From Savitreella phatthalungensis (Eukaryota), in contig AP039700.1 in assembly GCA_051599415.1 (NCBI GenBank), forward strand, positions 434,001-466,856: a stretch of 32,856 nucleotides of DNA. The letters are read 5' to 3'. The translations under genes were made by a program, and so were the position numbers. The notes beneath the pieces were generated by a model. It had not been told where the DNA came from. It made no database searches and saw only the letters and a list, made by a program, of their open reading frames with translations. Positions 21,079 through 30,255 of this stretch are shown piece by piece (positions within the stretch are counted from its first letter, which is position 1; every line of letters begins with the position of its first letter).

Positions 21079-21398
21079 TTATGTCGCTGGTGTTGCCCGT
21101 CAGGTACAGATCACACTTGTACTGATATACTGGAACACTATAATTATTGTTTTCTACTGCATGCAGACGCGCGTACGTCAATGTGTGATCGAAACCGAAC
21201 CACATTGGAACCTCCGACCGGTCAAACGGACGCTCAGACGAAGATATTTGATCAACGGCAGCAAAACGAATCCAGTGTCGGTGAGAAGGATCATGGAAGT
21301 GGGATAGAGAGCTAGTCTAATTCATTTGAAGTGGAGGTAGGAAGCCAGTCGCTATAAGAGCAGAATCGTGATGCGTGCGTGGATCGTTGAATTGAATG

Positions 21399-22943
21399 CT
21401 AGACCGGGACGGAATCGTGGAAAGTCCACCTTTCTTCGGCAAGGCCGCGTGCTGTGTCGGTCAGGAACACCTCTCTGCGTTTTGCTACGTAGACAGTCCT
21501 ATCGAGGACGTCTCTCTTCAGCCTGGCAATCTGATCAGCGATGATTGGCTTTTCGCAGAGCTCCGACAGGTGCTCGACTGCCATCTCTAGGTCTTTTTGA
21601 TTGTCCTCAAACAATTCTGTGGCGTTACTGCGTTCGAGGTAGAAGGCGAACGCGTAGGTCCACTTGAGAGTGCGCCTACAGGCTGAGAGTGTCTCCACAG
21701 CATTCTTCAGGAACTGAACCTCGATCCACGACATATCGCTCGTGTTTTGAAGCTCTGCCATCTTGCGCTCCGTCCGCGCGAAAAGCTCCCGATCCAGCTT
21801 GGCACTGCGCTCGTGATTGTCGAAGCGGTTGAAATAGTGTAAATAGCGCTCTAGTGAGGCACGGGACTTCTGTTGTGCGTCACGCGCTGCAGACGAATCC
21901 TTCTCTTCGAATCGGTTGCAATTGTACCAAGACTGCCCATGCTCCGCCCAAGGTCCCATGCAGACCCAACAGAACTCGTAGCGACATTTGCGGCAAGTCA
22001 TATGGTTGCAACCGCCATTCTTCTCGATTGTGCTGGAGCATTTGGGGCACTCTTTCGTGTGCGCGGAGATCCAATTGCTCGTCTCGCTGTCGTCGGCGCA
22101 TTTTTTTAGCCAGATCTTTACAATCGAGCACAGACATGGCTGATGCTCGTCCAGCCCACATCCAAAGCAGAACATGTGTCCGGCAGCGCAAGTCACGGAC
22201 GGAATCGTCTGAGCAAGCTGTGCAGGCTGCACCACACTGCAACGGACAGCGTTGTCGCATTCTGGCGCTGGGCACCATCTTATGGTGTCTCGGTCGTCGA
22301 CGTAGGCGCGATCCAGAAGTTCTAAGTATCGCCGAAAGGTTTCCGGGTTGGACAGCATCTGCACGCTCGGTTCGTCCAGCACCATGTTGCAGTCTCCGGC
22401 CATACACACCAGTCTCCGCACCTCGCCTTCGCCAAAAACCTTCTCTTCAATGTACCTCGAGTAGCAAAACCGGCAGAAGCGATGAGCGCAAGCAAGCGCG
22501 AATGTCTCTATTGGATCATCGTCGTCACAGCATACAGGACATTCGAATCCCGTGGAATGCTCAATCTGGGCCTGAAAGCTCTCGACCGGAAGGCCGACTT
22601 TCTGAAAAGTCTCGTCGTGTTTCTCAAGCAGATCATCGATAAGTCGCTCTTTCCTCCATCGGAAATGGCGAAGGAGGACGAGCGCCTGTGCATGCGAAAC
22701 TGCAACGAGAGCTGCGATCTGGTCTGCCGTATTCTGCTGAGCGCATCGAAGCTCCATGGCGCTGACATTACTATGTTCCACCTCGTACGGCTTCCGCTGC
22801 TCCTCAATGATTTCTACGTCGAGTGTGCCTTGCGACTCGACATCGTCCTCATCCATGTCAAAGTCTGCATAAGAAACCTGATCGTCGCTGAAGTCATCCT
22901 CCACGATCGAGCCATCAGAATAGTCAGACATGCCTGACGACAT
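21399..22943 (-). CDS. Ariadne-family RING-IBR-RING E3 ubiquitin ligase (Hel1/Ari1/Dbl4-like)
   Basis: Acidic N-terminus, RING1 (CPVC...C.H.FC..C), IBR (WCPAP.C...C..GH.FCF.C), RING2 (TKECPKC...IEKNGGCNHMTC..C...FCWVC), Ariadne domain (L.RYLHY..R..NH). Confidence 0.94.
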   Translation of the reverse strand: MSSGMSDYSDGSIVEDDFSDDQVSYADFDMDEDDVESQGTLDVEIIEEQRKPYEVEHSNVSAMELRCAQQNTADQIAALVAVSHAQALVLLRHFRWRKERLIDDLLEKHDETFQKVGLPVESFQAQIEHSTGFECPVCCDDDDPIETFALACAHRFCRFCYSRYIEEKVFGEGEVRRLVCMAGDCNMVLDEPSVQMLSNPETFRRYLELLDRAYVDDRDTIRWCPAPECDNAVRCSVVQPAQLAQTIPSVTCAAGHMFCFGCGLDEHQPCLCSIVKIWLKKCADDSETSNWISAHTKECPKCSSTIEKNGGCNHMTCRKCRYEFCWVCMGPWAEHGQSWYNCNRFEEKDSSAARDAQQKSRASLERYLHYFNRFDNHERSAKLDRELFARTERKMAELQNTSDMSWIEVQFLKNAVETLSACRRTLKWTYAFAFYLERSNATELFEDNQKDLEMAVEHLSELCEKPIIADQIARLKRDVLDRTVYVAKRREVFLTDTARGLAEERWTFHDSVPV

Positions 22944-23217
22944 GCCTGCGCGCGCGCTGACGATGTCCTAGTCTGCTTTGTAACGATAGAGCTTTTAAGT
23001 ACTTCCTTGGGGTGGTATTTCATCGATCGTGTGCATGCAGTACATATATGTGATGCCCACGCTGCATAGAGCTAGCTTTGTCAAACAATGATACGACTCT
23101 CCACACACATTTCCAGTGGAATCAATCAGACCTTGGGAGTCTGAGCGGGGGCCGCCCACCTACATCAGGCGCAGGGGAATTAAGTGCATTTTTGCCTCGC
23201 TGTGGCGGAATACAAAT

Positions 23218-24819
23218 TTATACAAACTCTTGCATGGCTCGACGGCATTGCTTGAGCCTGGTCTTGACCTCTCTGGGGAGCTTAACACCTGCCTTGAGCG
23301 CAAACGTTTTCGAAGGTTGCAAACCTTCCGTAAGAATAGCTTCGCATTCCACCGTCCGTAATTCGAGAGACACGCCGTCAAGGAACAGAAAATGCCAAAT
23401 TCCACCCTCTGTCTCGCACCAGCCAATCTCCCGGACAAAGCGACGCACAGAAGAGGGATGAACAGTTGATGTGTAGTCTTGCTTACAGCCGCTCGCCTCG
23501 CAACATCGGCCATGCCAAATCATAGCCTGTCTGACAGGATCTAGGTGCCCCCTGGGCACGTCATCTAGGCAGCCACGCCACAGCACCTTTTCCCGGTTCG
23601 CTAATTTGACCTTCCGTGACGCGGATCCGAATGAGACCTTGAAGCCGTCGCTGATCAGAACGCACTCAAATCGACCGTCATTGAACAACCTACATTTGCA
23701 AGATGCAGACTCGAGCGCTATCAATACTGCGCGTTTTTGTAGCTGGGAAATCGCCTTGGCAGCTGCGCGATACGTCGGCAAATATCGGGCAGGCAAATCA
23801 TCAAGAGTGTAGCTTGTGCTGCCTGTGCTAATTTGTGAACCGTCTGCTGAGATATCGAGAGAGTGATTCTCGCGCTCGACTGTGAGGTTGCCATCTGCGG
23901 AGACGGTAATTTTCCCGCCTTTGATACGCTGTTTGGTCGGCTTCACACCCTCAGTCGAAAACCGATATTTCTCGATAAAGCTGTCAGATACTCGGTTCAC
24001 CTCTGTAATGCGTGAAGCTTCGTCGACGAAAGCGTGCTTCAATACCTCAGCGGCGGTCGGCCGAGCAGAAGCATCCAGCGAAAGCAATGCGTGGACAAGC
24101 ATCTTCGCTTTCTTCGTGGATGCTCTAGGTAATGGTCGGTACGCCGCTTTTGAAACGAGATGCAGTGTCTCAGCAACCTGCTCCCCTTGAAAGGGCGGCT
24201 TGCCAGTTAAGAGGGCCACCATGACGCATCCCAGAGACCAGCAATCCGCAGCTTGCGTGTACGGCGCCTGTGCGAGAATCTCGGGCGCAATGTAGTTCGG
24301 CGTGCCACATGCCAGTGGACTTGTAGCGGCGTCTTTTGCACGGATTGCCAGGCCGAAATCGGCAATCTTCACTTGTCGGTCATCGTCGAGCAGCAGATTG
24401 CTCAGCTTCAGATCCCGATGTAGAACCCCATGAGCGTGGAGAAAGCAGAGTGCGTCAGCCAGATCAGCTATGATTGGTCTTGCGTCCATCTCGATCATGC
24501 CTGTTGGACAATTATGGAGAAGATACGAGAAGAGCGTCGAGCCTGAACAGAGCTCGGTGACGATGAAATCCAGACCATCATCTTGGAATGATCTAATGAA
24601 GCGCAAAATACGTCGATGACAGCCTATCGAGCGGTGGATATCAACTTCTCGACTGATCAATGCCATGCGCGATTTGTCGGCAACGACCTCGCGACGAAGC
24701 ACCTTGACTGCCACCTTTTCCTGTGTCGCCAAGTCGCGACATCTGTAAACCTGGCCCGTCGCTCCTGAGCCGATGCTGGTCTCAAACGCATAGCCACCAA
24801 CCCGCGCGCCGGCTTGCAT
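23218..24819 (-). CDS. Polo-like Ser/Thr kinase with PLK4/SAK-type C-terminus (cryptic polo box PB1-PB2 plus PB3)
   Basis: Kinase motifs GSGATGQVY, VAVK, HRDLKLSNLLL, KIADFGLA, CGTPNYIAPE, D.WSLG. C-terminus has KP.KQ..K, ISADG..I, YTLDDLP..Y..Y..A, KC.L, H..C and FV..IGW....F.DG..L...KLP..VK.RL, matching my recollection of PLK4 polo boxes. Start chosen at ATG 24819 (alternative 24885). Confidence 0.8.
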   Translation of the reverse strand: MQAGARVGGYAFETSIGSGATGQVYRCRDLATQEKVAVKVLRREVVADKSRMALISREVDIHRSIGCHRRILRFIRSFQDDGLDFIVTELCSGSTLFSYLLHNCPTGMIEMDARPIIADLADALCFLHAHGVLHRDLKLSNLLLDDDRQVKIADFGLAIRAKDAATSPLACGTPNYIAPEILAQAPYTQAADCWSLGCVMVALLTGKPPFQGEQVAETLHLVSKAAYRPLPRASTKKAKMLVHALLSLDASARPTAAEVLKHAFVDEASRITEVNRVSDSFIEKYRFSTEGVKPTKQRIKGGKITVSADGNLTVERENHSLDISADGSQISTGSTSYTLDDLPARYLPTYRAAAKAISQLQKRAVLIALESASCKCRLFNDGRFECVLISDGFKVSFGSASRKVKLANREKVLWRGCLDDVPRGHLDPVRQAMIWHGRCCEASGCKQDYTSTVHPSSVRRFVREIGWCETEGGIWHFLFLDGVSLELRTVECEAILTEGLQPSKTFALKAGVKLPREVKTRLKQCRRAMQEFV

Positions 24820-24927
24820 CGGGCAAATGGTCGCACAAATCTTGAGCGCAGTCGTGCGAGAATGCGCGTACGTCAAAATAAACATTGGGATAATCACTCG
24901 TCAAATTTACCTTTTCGACAATATGCA

Positions 24928-25617
24928 TTACATCCTGGCTGCAGCCTGCTGAGCTGCGATCACTGTGGACCGGAGTCCATCGATGGCGCGCCGAGTGTCT
25001 GCTGCCTTGAATATGCCCGTACCGGCTACAATGACGTTCGCGCCAGCATCTGCGGCTTTGTCAATTGTCTTTTCTGAGAGTCCTCCGTCGACCTGAATCA
25101 ATTTGCTTGGGTAGCGCTTGCGTAGCTCTTGCACCTTGGGCATCATATCCTCCATGAACTTCTGTCCACCGAAGCCGGGCTCGACGGTCATGACAAGAAT
25201 CATGTCAAGCATATCTGCGTATGCAGCGACCGCTGAGGCTGGAGTACTTGGCTTCAGGGCGGCTGCGACCTTCATTCCCTTCGCATGAATCGCTTTGATG
25301 AGCTCGATCGCGTGAGCGTCGCTTGCCACCGCCTCGACGTGAAAGGTGTATGAGTCTGCTCCGTTGTCGCTCATGAGATCAACCCATTTCTCCGGATTAC
25401 TGACCATCATATGAAGGTCTAACACCTTGCCCGTTGACTTTGGAAGATGTTCGCGTATCATGGCGACGTCGAAGAAGCTCAGGTTCGGCACGAAGTGGCC
25501 GTCCATGATGTCAATGTGCAGCCAGTCAGCCCCCGCATCTATGACCCGGCCACACTCACATCGTAGCTTCCCTGCATCAGCAGCAAGCAGCGACGGAGCG
25601 ACAAGAGCGTCCAGCAT
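24928..25617 (-). CDS. RPE1: Ribulose-phosphate 3-epimerase
   Basis: APSLL.AD, LHIDIMDGHFVPNLSF, DLHMMV..PE, FH.E, MTVEPGFGGQKFM, IQVDGG, AGANVIVAG. Confidence 0.96.
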   Translation of the reverse strand: MLDALVAPSLLAADAGKLRCECGRVIDAGADWLHIDIMDGHFVPNLSFFDVAMIREHLPKSTGKVLDLHMMVSNPEKWVDLMSDNGADSYTFHVEAVASDAHAIELIKAIHAKGMKVAAALKPSTPASAVAAYADMLDMILVMTVEPGFGGQKFMEDMMPKVQELRKRYPSKLIQVDGGLSEKTIDKAADAGANVIVAGTGIFKAADTRRAIDGLRSTVIAAQQAAARM

Positions 25618-25729
25618 GCTCTACTGCCGTGACGTATGTCAGAATTGACTACATATTTGGGTACCAAGATCAAGATCGATATACTGCATAATTTGACTTC
25701 GATATATATTCCCAGTCACGTTCACATGA

Positions 25730-27409
25730 TCAGAATTGGGACGGTCGCCGGCTGTGGCGCAGCTGGGCGGCGGTCTCTGCAGCAGAAGTTCCCTGGAGGG
25801 CAAATCGGATCTGTTGCGCTAGACCGAGCGTGTACTCTTCCTGCAGACGCCGTCCCACTACTTGGACAGCGGTAGGAGCGCCTGCGTACATCTCTGGGTC
25901 GTAGGTCTCCTGTATGCGGCCGTCGAGCTCGTTCACAGGGGAGAAGTCGACAATTCTCTTGTCCTGCTGGGGATCAGCTTTTCCGACCCGCACTACCACT
26001 GAGGGATAGTCCAACAGATTTGCGAGGTAGGTGTAGCCGTAGTACAGATACTTGTGTGGCTCGACTGCTGCATGTGGAGCGACAGGCATTATAAGTCCAT
26101 CGACCACGCCGTGCTGGCGGTTGACAGCATTCCAATGCTCCATGAAGAGGCGTTCAAATTCGCGTTTGCGCTTCTGAAGATCCCAAGCGCCGTTGAGAGT
26201 GAGGCTTTGACGATCTCGGATGATTGATTCAATCCCAGCGACCGGTTCCTCCCCTTCGACTGCAGAACGCAAGTCGAGTCCGCCATCGGCTGAGAAAATG
26301 GCAAGGACAAGCTGTACCATCTCCTTGACGCGGTAGTTTGGCCAGGGCACGACGCGATGGCCTGCACGTTCGAGAGCTCCTCGAACCTCGCGGAGCGCCC
26401 TTTGAACTGGGGGATGCGGTGTGCACTCTCCGTCCGAATCGATCACGGCGAAGGTTTTGACGCCTACGATACCTTCGAGCATTTTATCCGATCGCCAAGG
26501 CATCTCAATCACCTTTGGATCATGATACCATGGCTGCTGAGCGAGCACGGCTTTGACAAAGTAGCCAAGATCCTCGGGTGTGTGGCCGAGCGGTCCACAT
26601 ACAGAATGAATCGTTTCCTGTCCGTCCATGCTGTTGGCTGCAAGTGCGTAGGGAAGTCGTCCATGTGAAGGTCGGAGTCCATAGAGTGAGCAGAATGCGG
26701 CCGGAATTCGAATTGAACCCCCAATGTCAGTGCCGACCCCAACGACGGCCCCGCGCATAGCTAGCAGTGCGCCTTCGCCACCCGACGAGCCACCACATGA
26801 CAGTGCACGATTGAACGGATTTCTAGTTTCCCCAAAGATGTTGTTGCGCGTCTCGCCGAGCATGAGCGTTTGAGGAACGTTCGTCTTCACGTATAGGATT
26901 GCGCCGGCCCGCCGCAGCAGATCCACGAGTACTGAATCCATCGTATCCTTTTTGCCAATCCAACGAACGTAGCCCATCGTCGTCTCCACACCTGTCACAC
27001 GAAATTGATCTTTGAGCGAGACAGGTACGCCGTGCAATGGTCCAATAGGTTTGCCATTCGTACGAAAGTGCTCGTCCGCAGCCTCTGCTTGGGCAAGGGC
27101 CACATCGAAGAATACCTCGACTAAGCAATTCACTAGTTGATGTGCAATGGCAGCACGGTGACAGAATGCTTCAGTCACTTCTCGAGCTCTCCATTCACCG
27201 GTCTGTAGTTTTCGGGCAAGAGGAATCAGGTCAGTCTCTGTGATCTCGAGCTCACGCGCGCTGAGCAATCCACTTTCTCTGGGAAATGCTGTTACATCGC
27301 GAACATGTTTGCCAGGGAGTTGATCCGCGGGAACGAGCCACTTCGGAGGGATACAACTTTCAGTCAATGCCTTCTTGGCTGCAGCCCGCACCTTCCACTC
27401 GTCCGACAT
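25730..27409 (-). CDS. Amidase-signature family enzyme (acetamidase/FAAH-like)
   Basis: GPLHGVPVSLKD, KTNVPQ, GGSSGGEG, GTDIGGSIRIP (Lys-Ser-Ser triad), LDYP, QVVGRR..EE. First ATG at 27409. Confidence 0.93.
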   Translation of the reverse strand: MSDEWKVRAAAKKALTESCIPPKWLVPADQLPGKHVRDVTAFPRESGLLSARELEITETDLIPLARKLQTGEWRAREVTEAFCHRAAIAHQLVNCLVEVFFDVALAQAEAADEHFRTNGKPIGPLHGVPVSLKDQFRVTGVETTMGYVRWIGKKDTMDSVLVDLLRRAGAILYVKTNVPQTLMLGETRNNIFGETRNPFNRALSCGGSSGGEGALLAMRGAVVGVGTDIGGSIRIPAAFCSLYGLRPSHGRLPYALAANSMDGQETIHSVCGPLGHTPEDLGYFVKAVLAQQPWYHDPKVIEMPWRSDKMLEGIVGVKTFAVIDSDGECTPHPPVQRALREVRGALERAGHRVVPWPNYRVKEMVQLVLAIFSADGGLDLRSAVEGEEPVAGIESIIRDRQSLTLNGAWDLQKRKREFERLFMEHWNAVNRQHGVVDGLIMPVAPHAAVEPHKYLYYGYTYLANLLDYPSVVVRVGKADPQQDKRIVDFSPVNELDGRIQETYDPEMYAGAPTAVQVVGRRLQEEYTLGLAQQIRFALQGTSAAETAAQLRHSRRPSQF

Positions 27410-27480
27410 CGCGGTGATCAATCGATCTATATTCGTCTCTATGGGCAATTGGCTAAATACAAAAATGTTTCGGTCCCACT

Positions 27481-30255
27481 CTATGCAGTGGTCGGAATTC
27501 CAGACCTTCTGAAAAGCTGACGAACGCCCTTCCGTGAAGTTTCCTCTGATTCGTCGCTGCTCTCGCGGAAGATCTTACTAGCTGAGCGGCGGATATTCGA
27601 TGCAATCGAGTTCCGTCGATGATCACTTGGCGCGAGCGAAGCCGAATCCTCCACAATCGAGTTTGCTTTCGAAGGAATCTCTTTCAGAGCTACGCGCTGA
27701 TCGTCAAGAACGCTAGCACGTCGATTAGTCCGTTCGATTGAGTCAAAGATCGCGTCAATATCATCTGGATCGCTCATCGGAGGAGTCGCTGGCTGCTTGG
27801 CAGGGGTCTCAGCAATCGAATCGAGCTTCTTCTGCAGCATGTCTGACTTCGCTGGACTCGGCGGTGTGGTCTGCTTGACAAGTTGTGGGGTTGTGCGTGC
27901 CTGCTCGAGCTCTTGGCTGAGACTCCGCATCTTCTGCTCGGCTGCAGAGTGATGCTCTTCGAGCTGTCTTCGGAGCGATAAGATCAGAGCCTCATGGTGC
28001 ACTGCCGAAGTTGTCAAACGCTCGTGAACAGCTTTCGCGTCCTCAACTGCGCGCCTATGCTGCTCCTTAGAGTCTTGTAGCTCAGCCTGTAATTGCTGTT
28101 GAGCAATCCGTGACTCCTCCGATACGCTCCTCTGGCGACTCTCAAGGTCCGTTTCGCGCTTGCGGGATCCAGCGAGTGCCTTTGTCAGGTCCGCCAGCTT
28201 GGCCTCGGACGAAACATCCCTGGCTCTTGCTGTATCCAGTTCAGTGACTAGTGCGCTGAGTTGCGATTCGAGGTCTTTGCGTGCCTGGTCATGTACGGCA
28301 GCCGCTTGCTGTGCAGTCGATAGATCCTTCTGAGCGGACACGAGTGTCTGCTCTCGGCTCTCGACGTCAGCTCGAAGAGCCGCGAGCTGCTTTGCATGCT
28401 CGAGCTTCATCTCCTCCCGAGAACTCAGCTCAGCAGTGAGCCGCCTCTCCGCTTCTTCGCCGACAGACTTATGGTTCGCCAACTCGCCTTGCAAAGTCTC
28501 GAGTTGGCGCGACTGCTCTGCTTTCACCGTCTCCAGCTGTGCAGTTCGCTGACCGGCTTCCTTGGCGCTCGATCTCAATTGCTCCATCTGTGCCATTAAT
28601 GACTCCAGCTCGGCCTTGTGCATGTCATTCGAGCGTGTGCTCTCAGCCTCGACCTTTTGCGCAGCAGCGTTTCGTTCTGCGGCATGCTGCGAAAGAGCAT
28701 CCTCCAAGGATCGAGCCTGAGCAGCGAATGATGCAGTGTGCTTTGCGTCATTGGCAGCTAGCGCTTCTTCGTGGTCTGACTTAAGCTGACGAATGACCGA
28801 CTGGTGTTCGGATGCGAGAGCAGCCAGCTCTTGCTCACCAGCTTCTTTGGATGTTTTCCTGCTCAACTCGTATTCTGCGCGCATCTCCGCAAGCTCCTTT
28901 TCCTGCTGCTTGCGTAAATTTGACAACTGTGATTCATGCTCAGAGCGTAACCTCGAAATCTCATGGTCAGACTGCTCAACTTTTTGCGTGATTTCTTCTT
29001 GCAGCGCTTCAACTTCTTTTGCGGCGGTGGCCTTTTGCCGTTCGGCTGCGTCGCGCTCCTCTGTCAACCGCGCCACGACTTCGGTTTCCCGCTCGATGCG
29101 CATCACGAGCTCACTCTTGTTTTCTTCATGGGTCTTCTGCATGAGCTCTAGTTCGTCCTTTGCGCGCCGCAGCACACCTTGCTGTTCAGCTGTGCGCTTC
29201 TCAAGTTCTGTAGCATGGTCTCGCTTGCAGGATTCACGCTCCTGTTCCGTCGCTTTCGTCAGCGCACTGCGATGTGCTTCTTGAAGTTGCTCGAGGTTTG
29301 CCTTGTGCTCTGAGACCAGGCCGGCAATCTTGTGCTGGAGCACGGATACCTCATTCGTCTGTCGTTCGGCTTGTGCATCGTTTTCACTCTTCAGCTTCGA
29401 TAATTGGGTGGCAAGCGAGCCCTCTCGAGCTTTGCGTTCTTCGAGTTGGCTTTCCAGCGCCTGGCACTGTTGTGTTAGGCTCTCGGTCTTTGTCGATCCT
29501 TCCGCCGCCTGGGCCTGTAGCGTTGCTACGACCGACGCGTGTCTTGCGGCAGCACCATCGTGCTGTGCCAACTTCTCCCGAAACGACGCAATGGCTGTTT
29601 CGGCCTCAGTGAGGCGATCCTTTGCCCTGACAAGATCCTCTTCGAGCTCCTGTGAGCGTTGTTGCGACGCGCTCGCTGTGCTTTCGGCCGTTTTCAGCTG
29701 AGTCTGAAGAGCTACTACTTGCTGTTCCGAGAGGAGCTTCTCTTTCTCAATAGCTGTGCGCTGACTTCTGAGATTCCCGAGCTCCGCAGCATGATTTTGT
29801 GCAAGTTCGCGAAGTCCCCGCAGCTGCTCAATCTCCACGTCACGCTCGAGAATTTCCTTTTCAAATGCGAGCATCTCTGCTCGGAGCTGTTCAGCCATGA
29901 CTTTAGTCCTCTTGGCTGCTTCGCGCTCGGCGTCCAGCTGTTGAGCGAGCGACGTGGACTTTGCGTCTGAAGCGCGCTGTGCTAGGTGATGCGCTTCTGC
30001 AGCCTCCCTCGCACGCTCGGCAGTGAGTTTCTGTGCATCCTCGAGCGCAGCCGTTTTTTCTGCCAGCAGTGCCTCAACTTCTGAGAATCGCGCCTGCAGC
30101 TCTTCAATCGTCTCCGTGTGCTCAAGTTTTCGCTCTCCTGAGCGGATCACGTCATGATAACCATACTCTTGCCCTGCAGCATGGCTCGTGATTGCTAGAC
30201 CGCCAATTGCAGCTACTGCCAAAAGCAAAGCTTTGCCGCCATTCATGTAGTCCAT
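27481..30255 (-). CDS. Long coiled-coil protein with N-terminal hydrophobic segment; function unknown
   Basis: 924-aa uninterrupted ORF from ATG 30255. ALLLAVAAIGGLAIT hydrophobic stretch, then roughly 750 aa of E/A/L/Q/K/R-rich, proline-free heptad-like sequence and a Ser/Pro/basic tail. Confidence 0.8.
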   Translation of the reverse strand: MDYMNGGKALLLAVAAIGGLAITSHAAGQEYGYHDVIRSGERKLEHTETIEELQARFSEVEALLAEKTAALEDAQKLTAERAREAAEAHHLAQRASDAKSTSLAQQLDAEREAAKRTKVMAEQLRAEMLAFEKEILERDVEIEQLRGLRELAQNHAAELGNLRSQRTAIEKEKLLSEQQVVALQTQLKTAESTASASQQRSQELEEDLVRAKDRLTEAETAIASFREKLAQHDGAAARHASVVATLQAQAAEGSTKTESLTQQCQALESQLEERKAREGSLATQLSKLKSENDAQAERQTNEVSVLQHKIAGLVSEHKANLEQLQEAHRSALTKATEQERESCKRDHATELEKRTAEQQGVLRRAKDELELMQKTHEENKSELVMRIERETEVVARLTEERDAAERQKATAAKEVEALQEEITQKVEQSDHEISRLRSEHESQLSNLRKQQEKELAEMRAEYELSRKTSKEAGEQELAALASEHQSVIRQLKSDHEEALAANDAKHTASFAAQARSLEDALSQHAAERNAAAQKVEAESTRSNDMHKAELESLMAQMEQLRSSAKEAGQRTAQLETVKAEQSRQLETLQGELANHKSVGEEAERRLTAELSSREEMKLEHAKQLAALRADVESREQTLVSAQKDLSTAQQAAAVHDQARKDLESQLSALVTELDTARARDVSSEAKLADLTKALAGSRKRETDLESRQRSVSEESRIAQQQLQAELQDSKEQHRRAVEDAKAVHERLTTSAVHHEALILSLRRQLEEHHSAAEQKMRSLSQELEQARTTPQLVKQTTPPSPAKSDMLQKKLDSIAETPAKQPATPPMSDPDDIDAIFDSIERTNRRASVLDDQRVALKEIPSKANSIVEDSASLAPSDHRRNSIASNIRRSASKIFRESSDESEETSRKGVRQLFRRSGIPTTA

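Noticed and set aside
21854..22937. Antisense and alternative-frame ORFs over real genes (e.g. 21854-22642, and similar ones across the window)
   Set aside because: Shadow ORFs expected in GC-rich coding DNA; no domain motifs.
24878..24884. Forkhead-like ATAAACA motif upstream of the kinase
   Set aside because: A single short AT-rich match in a spacer that also serves as the RPE1 3' region; could easily be chance.
16927..25617. Pentose-catabolism gene cluster (LAD-like plus RPE1)
   Set aside because: The two genes are separated by four unrelated housekeeping genes; no transporter, kinase or pathway regulator is nearby.
27481..30255. Coiled-coil protein as a SAS-6/Asterless/CEP152 partner of the PLK4-like kinase
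   Set aside because: No recognisable SAS-6 head or acidic PLK4-binding N-terminus; proximity alone is weak evidence in eukaryotes.
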